A DNA stretch of 28,979 nucleotides from contig SDNY01000041.1 of assembly GCA_004524535.1 (NCBI GenBank), positions 1 to 28,979 of the forward strand, read 5' to 3'. Within the stretch, counting starts at the first letter, position 1. The number at the start of each line of letters is the position of its first letter. The stretch is from Promethearchaeota archaeon (GTDB taxonomy: Archaea > Asgardarchaeota > Lokiarchaeia > Sigyniarchaeales > SOKP01). The position numbers and the translations under genes are program-made. Below, one piece after another: positions 9,786 through 18,776 of the stretch. The notes beneath the pieces were generated by a model that did not search any database, was not told the origin of the DNA, and worked only from the letters and a program-made list of their open reading frames with translations.

Positions 9786-10739
9786 TTAATCAAGGAAACC
9801 TATTAGTTCTTTATTTGTAGGAATCCCGTTTCTGGCACCTAACTTTTGGATACATTTTCCAGCAATAAAATTGCCAAATTCCACATTGATTTTAAGTTGC
9901 TCAAAGTCATAACTTAAATCTTGAACGAATTTGTAAATAAAACCTGCTGAAAAAGCATCCCCTGCCCCGGTTGTATCAATAACATCTCCAATTTTATTTG
10001 CTGAAATTATTGTTGATTCTTTTCTATTCATTAGGAAGGCTCCTTTACTACCCATTGTAATAATAATTACTTTAATGCCTAACTTTAAAAGAGTATTTGA
10101 GGATTCTAAAATGATTTTCTCATTCAATTCTGGTTCTTGAATGTTTAGCAGCGATATATATTCTCTTTGGGATAATATGAGTATGTCAATTCTTTCGAGT
10201 AATTGTTTTATATTATCGAGTTCTTGGTCAATTATCAACATACCTGGATTTAATATAACAGCAATATCGCTTTTTCTAGCAATTTCAGCAGCTTCAATTA
10301 AAGGTTCTAAATTTTTTAGACTACTTAAAAAAATTATCTTAGCTCTTGTTATTTCTTTAAATACAATATCTTCCTTAGAAAGGTAATTTGCCGCACCACT
10401 ATGGGCATAAATTCTCCGATCACCCTGAGGATTTAAAGCTACATATGCTGAACCTGTCCCATGTTCACTGGAATATTTTATTAACGAAGTATCTAAAGAC
10501 ACATATTTAAAATCGTTGATAATTTTATCGCTAAATCCATCATGAGGTCCTAATTTTCCGATAAATGCGGTTTTTAATCCTAATTTAGCGCAAGCATAGG
10601 CAGTATTAGCAGCGGCTCCTCCTGATAATAACTTTAAATCTGATACAAAAACTTCATCATCATTTAGTGGATGCCTCTCTACTTTGGCGACCATGTCAAC
10701 AAGAGCTGCACCTATACAAATAACATCTAAATCTTTCAT
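9786..10739 (-). CDS. PfkB family carbohydrate/nucleoside kinase
   Basis: GGAAANTAYACAKLG and DTTGAGDAFSAGF signatures. Confidence 0.92.
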   Translation of the reverse strand: MKDLDVICIGAALVDMVAKVERHPLNDDEVFVSDLKLLSGGAAANTAYACAKLGLKTAFIGKLGPHDGFSDKIINDFKYVSLDTSLIKYSSEHGTGSAYVALNPQGDRRIYAHSGAANYLSKEDIVFKEITRAKIIFLSSLKNLEPLIEAAEIARKSDIAVILNPGMLIIDQELDNIKQLLERIDILILSQREYISLLNIQEPELNEKIILESSNTLLKLGIKVIIITMGSKGAFLMNRKESTIISANKIGDVIDTTGAGDAFSAGFIYKFVQDLSYDFEQLKINVEFGNFIAGKCIQKLGARNGIPTNKELIGFLD

Positions 10740-10753
10740 TACTTTTTAATCCC

Positions 10754-11938
10754 CTAATCATAATTAAAAGTACCAAATTCAGACTTTATTTCTAAAACAT
10801 TTTTTCCTTTTATTGGGGATGTTTCGCAATGTCCTATAATTCTAGAGTCAATATTAAATTTTTTCGCAATTTGAATTATCTCTTGTGCTATTGATTCGTT
10901 GCATAACAGTTCCATTCTATGACCCATATTAAATACGCTATACATCTCTTTCCAATTGATTTCAGACGATTTCTGAATAATTTCAAATATTTTCGGAATC
11001 ATAAAAAGATTGTTTTTGATATATTTAATACCATTTCCAAAGTTTAATATTTTAGTTTGGCCTCCACCAGTGTTATGAATTATTCCGTGAATGTCTTTTC
11101 TATAATTTTTTAAAATCTCTATAATCACTGGAGCATACGTTCTCGTCGGCGATAATAAAGCTTTTCCTATACTTAAATTAATCTCATCAATAATATCTGT
11201 TAACTTATGTTTGCCATAAAATACAAATTTCTCGTCAAGATTCTGATCATAGCATTCCGGATACTTTTTATTATACTCATGAGAGAGCGTGCCATGTCGC
11301 GCTAATGTCAATCCATTACTTCCAATCCCGCTATTATATTCGTTCTCATAAGATGCTTTTCCAAAACTAGCTAACCCCACAATAACATCGTCAGTTCTAA
11401 TATTACTTGCGTCAATTACGTTCTCTTTTTTCATAATTGTGAAGGCTGATGCGTCAACGACAAGAGTTTTGACTAGATCTCCAATATCAGCAGTTTCCCC
11501 TCCGCAAATTGTTACTGGTAATCCAAGCGATGTTAATCTTTCACTATATGCATAGTACTCTTGTATAATGGTCGCAACTATATCTCCTTTTATAAATTTC
11601 CTATTTCTTCCAAGATTATTTGAGAAGTAAATATTTCCTGTGGCTCCTACACATAATAAATCGTCGATATTCATTACCATAGCATCTCTGACGATTCCTT
11701 TAAACAAAGATATATCTCCTGTTTCTCTGTAATACATGTATGCTAAACTGGATTTTGTCCCGGCTCCATCTGCATGAAATATTGAACAAAACTCTGGTCT
11801 TCCATAAATATCAAAAGGCATTATTTTACAAAAAGCACCAGGGAATAGCCCCTTATCTAACTTTTCAATTGCTTTATGAACATCCTCTTTTTTAGATGAC
11901 ACGCCTAATTTAGAATAAAGATTATTATTATCAGGCAT
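10754..11938 (-). CDS. purM: Phosphoribosylformylglycinamidine cyclo-ligase (AIR synthase), long form
   Basis: Y..LGVS, HADGAGTK, MNIDD..CVGA, GGETAD, GSNGLT.ARH, LLSPTRTY, HNTGGG, EMY.VFNMG; adjacent to purB. Confidence 0.92.
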   Translation of the reverse strand: MPDNNNLYSKLGVSSKKEDVHKAIEKLDKGLFPGAFCKIMPFDIYGRPEFCSIFHADGAGTKSSLAYMYYRETGDISLFKGIVRDAMVMNIDDLLCVGATGNIYFSNNLGRNRKFIKGDIVATIIQEYYAYSERLTSLGLPVTICGGETADIGDLVKTLVVDASAFTIMKKENVIDASNIRTDDVIVGLASFGKASYENEYNSGIGSNGLTLARHGTLSHEYNKKYPECYDQNLDEKFVFYGKHKLTDIIDEINLSIGKALLSPTRTYAPVIIEILKNYRKDIHGIIHNTGGGQTKILNFGNGIKYIKNNLFMIPKIFEIIQKSSEINWKEMYSVFNMGHRMELLCNESIAQEIIQIAKKFNIDSRIIGHCETSPIKGKNVLEIKSEFGTFNYD

Positions 11939-11939
11939 C

Positions 11940-13292
11940 TTAATCTTTATATTTATTTTTCAGAAATTTTATTAAAGTTTCTATTTGTTCAATTGCTTTC
12001 CCAATATATTTATGAGGGTCTAATATTTCATCTAATTCTTCTTTTGAAAATAGATTTTTTATTTTATTATCTTCTATTAAAATATCTTTCATATATAAGT
12101 TCTCATTTCGGGCCTTTATTGCCGCTTGCCTTAAAATTTCATGCCCCTCTTGTCTCCCAAGTCCTTTATTAACTAATTCCACCATAATTTTTTCAGCCAA
12201 GCAAGCGCCTTTTGTAAGATTGAGGTTTTCCTCTATTTTTTCTTTGTCAAATTCGAGACCTTGAAGAATTTTCGTTAATTCGCTTATCATAAAATCTAAA
12301 AATACGAAATTTTCAGCAAATATGACTCTCTCTGAAGCTGAATTTGTTAAGTCACGTTCATCCTCTAAAACTATATTATCTAACGCGGGAATGATATTAG
12401 ATTTTACCACTCTTGCTAAACTACAAATTCGTTCCGACTTGTGAGGGTTTCTTTTGTGAGGCATTGTCGAACTTCCTACTTGCCCTTTCTTAAATGGTTC
12501 AAATATTTCTGCTATTTCATTTCTTTGTAATACACGGATCTCTCTTGCGATTTTAGCTAATGTTTGTCCAATTAACGCTGTCAATAAGATTACTTCCGCA
12601 TGACGATCCCTTTGAACAACTTGATTTGCAATCATTTCAGGATTTAGATTTAATTCTTTCATGACTTCGTTTTGTAGTTCAATGCCCTTTACACCAAAAC
12701 TAGCCATAGTTCCAACAGCACCGGACATTTTTCCATATGAAATTCGCTCCAAAGTTTCGGAAATACGATCGATATGTCTGTCGACCTCATAAGCCCATAC
12801 TCCAAATCGCATCCCATATGTTGTTGGAATTGCGTGTTGTCCATGTGTCCGTCCAATGCAAACAAGTTCTTTTTTATCTTCCATTAATCGAACTAATTCT
12901 TTTAATAGGATTTTTAGCGAATTATTGATATAATTTAATGCTTCCTTTAATTGTAAAGCAATAGCAGTGTCTTCAATATCATAACTAGTTGCCCCTAAAT
13001 GAATGTATTTACCAGCATCTCCTTCACATTTCTCTGCTAAAGCTTTTACCATTGCCATTAAATCGTGATGAATTTCTTTGTCAATTTCTTTTACCCTCTC
13101 TAATTTTACTTTTTCTCTCGCTTCATCTATCTTCTGAGCTGCTCCTTTAGGAATGTTTCCTAATTTTTCATGAACTTTTGCTAAAACAGTTTCAATCATC
13201 ATCCAATTATTTAATTTTTCCTCTTCTGTAAATAATTCAGCTATTTCAGTTCTATAACGCGTTTCAATTGGACTTATAAATTTATGATCCAT
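11940..13292 (-). CDS. purB: Adenylosuccinate lyase
   Basis: HLGATSYDI.D, GRTHGQHA.PTT.G and GSSTMPHKRNP fumarate-lyase signature. Confidence 0.96.
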   Translation of the reverse strand: MDHKFISPIETRYRTEIAELFTEEEKLNNWMMIETVLAKVHEKLGNIPKGAAQKIDEAREKVKLERVKEIDKEIHHDLMAMVKALAEKCEGDAGKYIHLGATSYDIEDTAIALQLKEALNYINNSLKILLKELVRLMEDKKELVCIGRTHGQHAIPTTYGMRFGVWAYEVDRHIDRISETLERISYGKMSGAVGTMASFGVKGIELQNEVMKELNLNPEMIANQVVQRDRHAEVILLTALIGQTLAKIAREIRVLQRNEIAEIFEPFKKGQVGSSTMPHKRNPHKSERICSLARVVKSNIIPALDNIVLEDERDLTNSASERVIFAENFVFLDFMISELTKILQGLEFDKEKIEENLNLTKGACLAEKIMVELVNKGLGRQEGHEILRQAAIKARNENLYMKDILIEDNKIKNLFSKEELDEILDPHKYIGKAIEQIETLIKFLKNKYKD

Positions 13293-13450
13293 TTCTTATT
13301 TCACTTTATCGTCTCTTCCTAATTGAAAATAATTAAAGATTTAATATTATACTTTTTATTAAAATGGTGATATCAAATACCAACTGTAAATGAAATTAGA
13401 TTGGTTCAATCAATTTTGCAAAAATAAGTTAGATTAAGAATTTAAAGAGA

Positions 13451-14131
13451 TTAAACCGTGTCACTCCTCAGTAATTGCATTATATAATCAGCTACTGTTT
13501 CAATTGCGTCTGAAATCGCTTCCATTATATCAAAAGTGTTTCCAGCAGTAAATATTGTAAAGTGATTCACGTCATAGTTTGTTTCTTGAAGACTTTTTCT
13601 TAATTTTATATTAGAAAGATCTATTTTGTGTTCAAGTAAATTAATTTGTTTGCTAAAATCTATGACTTTTTTCCTTTCTTGAAGCAGATCTAAAACTATT
13701 TTATCTAAATAATCTACGCATTCTACGGTTGTATTCATAATTTCTTTCACAAGGTTGATAGTTTCCTCACTACTTTGGTTCCAAAATTTTATGGAGATTG
13801 TATTTATACGTCTTGCTACCCCAGTGGCACAATTAGCCACATCATCTTGACGTTTGATCAAATGAGATAAATCCGTTCGCACGCTAGGATTTAATTCACC
13901 CTTTGAAATATCTTGTAAAATTTCCCTTCTTAATTGATCTGCTTCACCTTCCAAAAGATCTACATTATGAAAATTAGTATACGCTTTTTCAAGATTTTTA
14001 TCTGTCAATAAAATATCTATTCCAATTTTCAATTCTCTGACACATTCTTGTACTTTTTGAGCATGTTTGATAGATTTTTCTAAAACTGATGTAGCAGTTC
14101 TTTTTTTAAAATATTCGATAAGAGTACCCAT
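13451..14131 (-). CDS. DUF47 family phosphate transport regulator (PhoU-like)
   Basis: LEGEADQLRREI, R.DL..L....DDVA, LEHKID, ISDAIE.VAD repeats; next to a PiT gene. Confidence 0.88.
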   Translation of the reverse strand: MGTLIEYFKKRTATSVLEKSIKHAQKVQECVRELKIGIDILLTDKNLEKAYTNFHNVDLLEGEADQLRREILQDISKGELNPSVRTDLSHLIKRQDDVANCATGVARRINTISIKFWNQSSEETINLVKEIMNTTVECVDYLDKIVLDLLQERKKVIDFSKQINLLEHKIDLSNIKLRKSLQETNYDVNHFTIFTAGNTFDIMEAISDAIETVADYIMQLLRSDTV

Positions 14132-14205
14132 TTTATTAACACACTCTAATTCTTTTCTTAATTAACATATATATAATTCATATTGTTTAAATAATTTAAT
14201 ATATA

Positions 14206-15243
14206 TTATATCATCCCAAAACTAATAAATCCAAAATAAATTAATCCTGCTAAAATAGCTGCCACCGGAAATGTTAAAACCCAAAATAGAAACATCTTTC
14301 CTAATTTGCCATAGTCTACTTCTTTTTTTTTAGCTAAATTCATGCCAATAATACAAAATACAATCACATGGCTATGACTTACTGGTACGCAAAATATAAC
14401 TGTACAAAACATTAATATTATGGATGAAGCAAGCTGAATGATAAAACCATCTGAGGGACGAGCATCTGTTAACTGACTTGCTAAATTTCTGATAACATAA
14501 CGACCTGCAATAAATAGCCCCAAGAAAGCTATCAGGGCACAAATTACAACAAAAAAATAATATCCAACAATTGTTAGATTTCCATTGGTATATAATGCAT
14601 AAAGAATTCCCAATGCTTCTGCTGAATTTGCACCAACCCATATTTCCGCAAAAATAATTGCAAATAACAACGCCCAGGCAAAATTTCTCTCTGATTTTTC
14701 AATTTCATTTAGTCCTTTCTTTTTTGATAAATATAAGTTATCAATTATTTTATAAAGAAGGTAAGACCCAAGTAAGCCAAATAAAGGACTTAAAAACCAT
14801 GAAAGTACAACTCCGCCCAATTTTTCCCAATTAAACGCCATTTCAGGATTAACGCCCCCAGAAAACATAGCATATACAATAACAACCCCAAAAATACTTC
14901 CTATTAGGCTGTGTGTACTAGAGAGCGGTATTCCTGCAAAAGAACCAATGATTAACCATACTATTGCGCTTATTAATACTGCCAAAAGCATAAATACAGT
15001 ATATCTTATTCCTGATCCCAATATTTTTTGACCAACTAAACTTGCAACTCCTTCTGAAAGAAATATTGTTCCAAAAGCGATAGCAGCACCTCCAATAATG
15101 AGTACAAATTTAAATCTTAAAGTTCCTGCTGCTGCTAAAGGTGCAGTTGTTTCATCATTTGCACCTATCGAAAAAGCTAATCCTATTGCTAAGACAATTA
15201 AAACGACAACCAGAATGGCCGCTAATTCATATTCAAAAGCCAT
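14206..15243 (-). CDS. PiT family inorganic phosphate transporter
   Basis: GAND signature, PLSSTHSLIGSIFG, W..SP, PVSHSH, W.LT.P; strongly hydrophobic. Confidence 0.92.
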   Translation of the reverse strand: MAFEYELAAILVVVLIVLAIGLAFSIGANDETTAPLAAAGTLRFKFVLIIGGAAIAFGTIFLSEGVASLVGQKILGSGIRYTVFMLLAVLISAIVWLIIGSFAGIPLSSTHSLIGSIFGVVIVYAMFSGGVNPEMAFNWEKLGGVVLSWFLSPLFGLLGSYLLYKIIDNLYLSKKKGLNEIEKSERNFAWALLFAIIFAEIWVGANSAEALGILYALYTNGNLTIVGYYFFVVICALIAFLGLFIAGRYVIRNLASQLTDARPSDGFIIQLASSIILMFCTVIFCVPVSHSHVIVFCIIGMNLAKKKEVDYGKLGKMFLFWVLTFPVAAILAGLIYFGFISFGMI

Positions 15244-15264
15244 ATATCAGACCCTAAATTCGGC

Positions 15265-15936
15265 TCATTTGAAATAGAAGTATTTGGTAGCTAAAAATTG
15301 AATGTATTCTGCGAAATTCTTAATATGATTAGCAAGCGTCTTTATTCCTTCAATTAATTCTTTTAAATAAAGAAAAGTCCTTGAAAGGTAATCCATATCG
15401 TAATTCCATAGACGTTCTAGTAAATCCCATTCCTCAATCCTCATCTTTCTTCTTTCCTCTTTTATGTATTCGCAAATCTCATGTGCTCGTTCTAAATCAG
15501 TTCCAATTGTTTTAACTGCGTCAACTAAATTCATTGTAATTTGTCTAAGAGATTTCAATATTAATTCCAATTTAAGCTTAAATTCCTCGTCAGGAAATAA
15601 TACTTTATATAATAGCATTTTATGTGCTAAAAATTCACCAATATCTTTAATATCGTTGATTTTGCCAAAGACTTTTAACCGATCAGCTTTAGAGAACATT
15701 AATTTGGATTTAAATATTTTAGCTTCGAATGTCTTTTTTATATCTAGTTCAGTTTTAGTTTCAAGTACATGATTCAAATTTTTAGTAAAATTATCAAAAT
15801 CTTCTTTTGTTAAATACTCAATTCCCTCTATTAATTTCTGTGTCTGCTCATTTATCGTATCCATAAATAAATGAGTTAAATCATCAATTTTTAATTTTTT
15901 AAGTTCCTTTTTAGTTAAATCTGTAATTTCAACCAT
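15265..15936 (-). CDS. Divergent DUF47-like helical protein
   Basis: Similar size to the neighbouring DUF47 protein, predicted all-helical, KADRL.V...I.DI.D pattern; first gene of the pit cluster. Confidence 0.6.
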   Translation of the reverse strand: MVEITDLTKKELKKLKIDDLTHLFMDTINEQTQKLIEGIEYLTKEDFDNFTKNLNHVLETKTELDIKKTFEAKIFKSKLMFSKADRLKVFGKINDIKDIGEFLAHKMLLYKVLFPDEEFKLKLELILKSLRQITMNLVDAVKTIGTDLERAHEICEYIKEERRKMRIEEWDLLERLWNYDMDYLSRTFLYLKELIEGIKTLANHIKNFAEYIQFLATKYFYFK

Positions 15937-16415
15937 ATGATTGATCCCGTTCTTTTTTTAGAAATTCTATACTATTATTTCAAGAAAATTTATCTTATAG
16001 GGATATTCTATTAATCTAATTTAATTTTATAAATATTCTATTAATTAATAAATTTATATTAAGAGGGTATAAATTTATAAAAGTGAATAATTATTGAATC
16101 TATGCTCTAATTCTATTTATCTTTTTCTGTATATTATTGATGAATTAAAAAAGAAATATCCATTTAAGTGACTTTTATCCTAATTATTTATTTGTTTTAT
16201 AGTGGTAAAGATGCTTTTTTAATTGATTTGATCAACCTTTTTGAACATTATGATCAGAAGAGACTTTGTATCAAGGATAAAATGATGGAATCCGACATTT
16301 GAAATTCTAAATTTGTTCGTTATATTAATGAGAATAATAAACCAAGTTATCAATATTAAATATGATATTATATTTATTAATCACAAGAAGTAAGATAATT
16401 TGAGGTTTTTAAAAA

Positions 16416-16676
16416 TTGGACAATGAAAAAAAACTGGATGATGCGATGAAAAGTTATGAAAAAGTAAGGGAGTCTTTAACAGGCTTGTATGAAATAATTA
16501 ATATAAATTTAAGTAATAAAGATTTTTTTTATAAAGTAGCCATTGACAATTTAAAAGCTCTAAACGAAAATATCATAGATATTTTAAAGCAATCTAATAC
16601 CCCTCGTGAAGTCAGGATGCGCCTGCGCAAGTTGCATAACGACGAGATTGACGCTGAAAAGCACTTCCCACTTTAA
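16416..16676 (+). CDS. Hypothetical helical protein (86 aa)
   Basis: TTG start preceded by TGAGG; protein-like charged composition. Confidence 0.65.
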   Translation: MDNEKKLDDAMKSYEKVRESLTGLYEIININLSNKDFFYKVAIDNLKALNENIIDILKQSNTPREVRMRLRKLHNDEIDAEKHFPL

Positions 16677-16761
16677 TTATCGGAAAATCTAAACAAAAAT
16701 CAGAAAATCTCTCTACTAATCTCAGTTTTATAAATTGTATCTTTCTAATAAATTGTTAAAG

Positions 16762-17001
16762 ATGCAAAATATTCAAAAATATTATTTTTTTCGATGTTAC
16801 CGCTGCGGCGAATGGTACTATACTAATAAAATTATAAAAACTAAGAAGTGTTGGAAGTGTCACCATTCTTTCCAATTTCAAAAGTCAACAAAATTCTCAA
16901 AAAAATGTTCAATAAATGATGCAATTGAAATAATAAAAGAATTAAAAAAGAGAAGGGTGAACGAGAATCTTTTAAAATACGTTAAGCTGATAAAAAGATA
17001 A
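16762..17001 (+). CDS. Small zinc-ribbon protein (DUF1922-like)
   Basis: FRCYRCGEWYY...KTKKCWKCHH, two CxxC pairs; ATG at 16762. Confidence 0.72.
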   Translation: MQNIQKYYFFRCYRCGEWYYTNKIIKTKKCWKCHHSFQFQKSTKFSKKCSINDAIEIIKELKKRRVNENLLKYVKLIKR

Positions 17002-17059
17002 TAACTAAAGGATTATTTTCTAAAACCAGAAATATTTAAGCTATTTTTTTTATAAAATT

Positions 17060-17254
17060 TCAAAGAGAAGGGGTATAATTAACTTGATTAATTTCTTTAT
17101 TCTTGAAATTGTACAAATTTCAGTTTCAGAATTAGCAGAAAATTTAGGCATATCTTCTTCATCATTATCAGGAACCCTAAATAGAATAAGAAAGAAACTT
17201 GCTACATACTATTTTGATTATCTAAAAATTTTTAAATTGTCAAAGCTACAATAA
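17060..17254 (+). pseudogene. Remnant of a helix-turn-helix regulator (HTH_10 / Bat-like C-terminus)
   Basis: Frame ending at TAA 17254 reads QISVSELAENLGISSSSLSGTLNRIRKKLA; a KEKGYN* segment sits upstream in another frame; no ATG. Confidence 0.5.
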
Positions 17255-17309
17255 TAAATATTTAAGAATCGCTTTGCGAAGTGTAGCAAAAAAATCAAAT
17301 GATGAGATA

Positions 17310-18776
17310 ATGGAAGAATTAAAGCATATTGATGAGGGATTTATTCAAGAATTAAATAAAATAGCAAACAACAGAATTGAGTATTGGGATTTAAGGTGTG
17401 GACTTTTAACAGGAACTATTCTGGATTTTACTGATCAAAAAAGTAAAGAAATATCTTCTTATAGTGTAAATGAATCTGCAATCAGAACATTTCTAAACGG
17501 TGGCTGGGGATTTTTAGTATTAAAAGATCTTAAAAGAAAGACAATTAAAAAAGGTTTCAATAATGCGATAAAATTAGCTCGATTAACCGAATCAATGACA
17601 AAAAATAAATTTAAGATGAAAGAAAGAGATCCGTTAATCAAAGACTTTAAAATTAGCAGTAAGAAAAAACTAGAAGATATTAGTATTGAAGAAAAAATTA
17701 AACTTGTTAAAAATCATGAAAAAACTGCTTCAGAGTATTCTTCAGATATAAAAAATACGCGCACATTGTATACTGACGGGCAATCTAATAGTTTATTTTT
17801 AAATACTTATGGAAGTCTAGTCCATCAAGAATATTCTACTTTACGAATATTTAATTTAGTGTTTGCTCAAAAAAATGGAATTCTTCAAAGAGCTGTTAAT
17901 TCAGTAGGCGGACTAGGAGGTTTTGAGATTGCAAATACAGATAAAGCTAGGAATTTAAGTTCTAAGACGGCAGAGGAAGTTATTCATTTATTAGATGCAA
18001 AATCTCCTACTGGTGGAAAATTTACCGTAATCATGGATCCAAAGCTGACTGGAAATTCACACGCAATTCGCGCGTAAATCAGAACTTTTATACACGAAGC
18101 TTTTGGTCATGCTTGCGAAGCTGATATTGTTTTAAATAAAGAAAGCATATTAGAGGGGCGGCTTGGTGAAAAAGTAGCTATTGAAGATGTTAATATTATT
18201 GATAATCCGACGATGGGACAGGGCAAAAAATTTAGTATACCATATGAATTATTTGGAAGTTATTTTATAGATGACGAGGGGATCCCTTCCCAAAAGACTG
18301 TGATAATCGAAAAAGGTATTTTAAAAAGCTATTTACATAGTATAGAAACCTCTTCAAGAATGGATTTTCCTCCAAATGGTCACGGTAGAGCTGCTTCAAT
18401 CAGTTCAAAACCTCAAGTTCGTATGGGAATAACGATCCTCGAACCGAAGGATTGGAGTTTAGAAGAAATGATTGAAAATACTCAAAATGGAATACTTTGC
18501 GAGGATTTTCAATATGGATATTGTGACCCCTCTACAGGAAACTTCCAATTCAAATGTAAAATGTCATATAAAATTGAGAATGGAGAAAAGAAGGAATTAA
18601 TGAGAGATGTATCGCTTTCTGGTATGACTTTAGAAGTTCTAAATAGAATTTCTGCAATTGGAAAAAATATTAGCTATAGTGACGGAATGTGTGGTAAGGG
18701 AGGTCAAAGCGTTCGGGTTTGCGACGGAGGACCATATATACGCGCGGAAAATATAATTGTAGGAGGTTTAAATTAA
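17310..18776 (+). CDS. tldD: TldD metalloprotease subunit, interrupted by a 30-nt candidate intron; join(17310..18054,18085..18776) gives 478 aa
   Basis: The two listed ORFs are in the same frame; removing 18055-18084 gives [36 protein letters not shown], PQVRM and GMCGKGGQ motifs intact; followed directly by tldE. Confidence 0.9.
18055..18084 (+). other. Candidate bulge-helix-bulge (BHB) intron in tldD mRNA
   Basis: ATTCACACGCAATTCGCGCGTAAATCAGAA carries an in-frame TAA (18075-18077); central helix CUGG(18049-52)/UCAG(18079-82) with 3-nt bulges AAA(18053-55) and AAC(18083-85). Confidence 0.72.

Noticed and set aside
16168-16302. 44-codon GTG-started ORF with a hydrophobic N-terminus in the long intergenic gap
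   Set aside because: No motif or SD support; such ORFs are expected by chance in T-rich DNA.
18055-18075. Short word matches between the insert (ACACGC, TCGCGC) and the tRNA-Val gene
   Set aside because: Only 6-nt matches; not distinguishable from chance.
17274-18776. Treating tldD as two genes, a frameshifted pseudogene, or a stop-readthrough (Sec/Pyl) gene
   Set aside because: Both halves are in one frame, the stop is TAA (not TGA/TAG), and it lies within 10 extra codons that break the GTFIHE motif. An inactivating insertion cannot be fully excluded, but the BHB fit argues against it.
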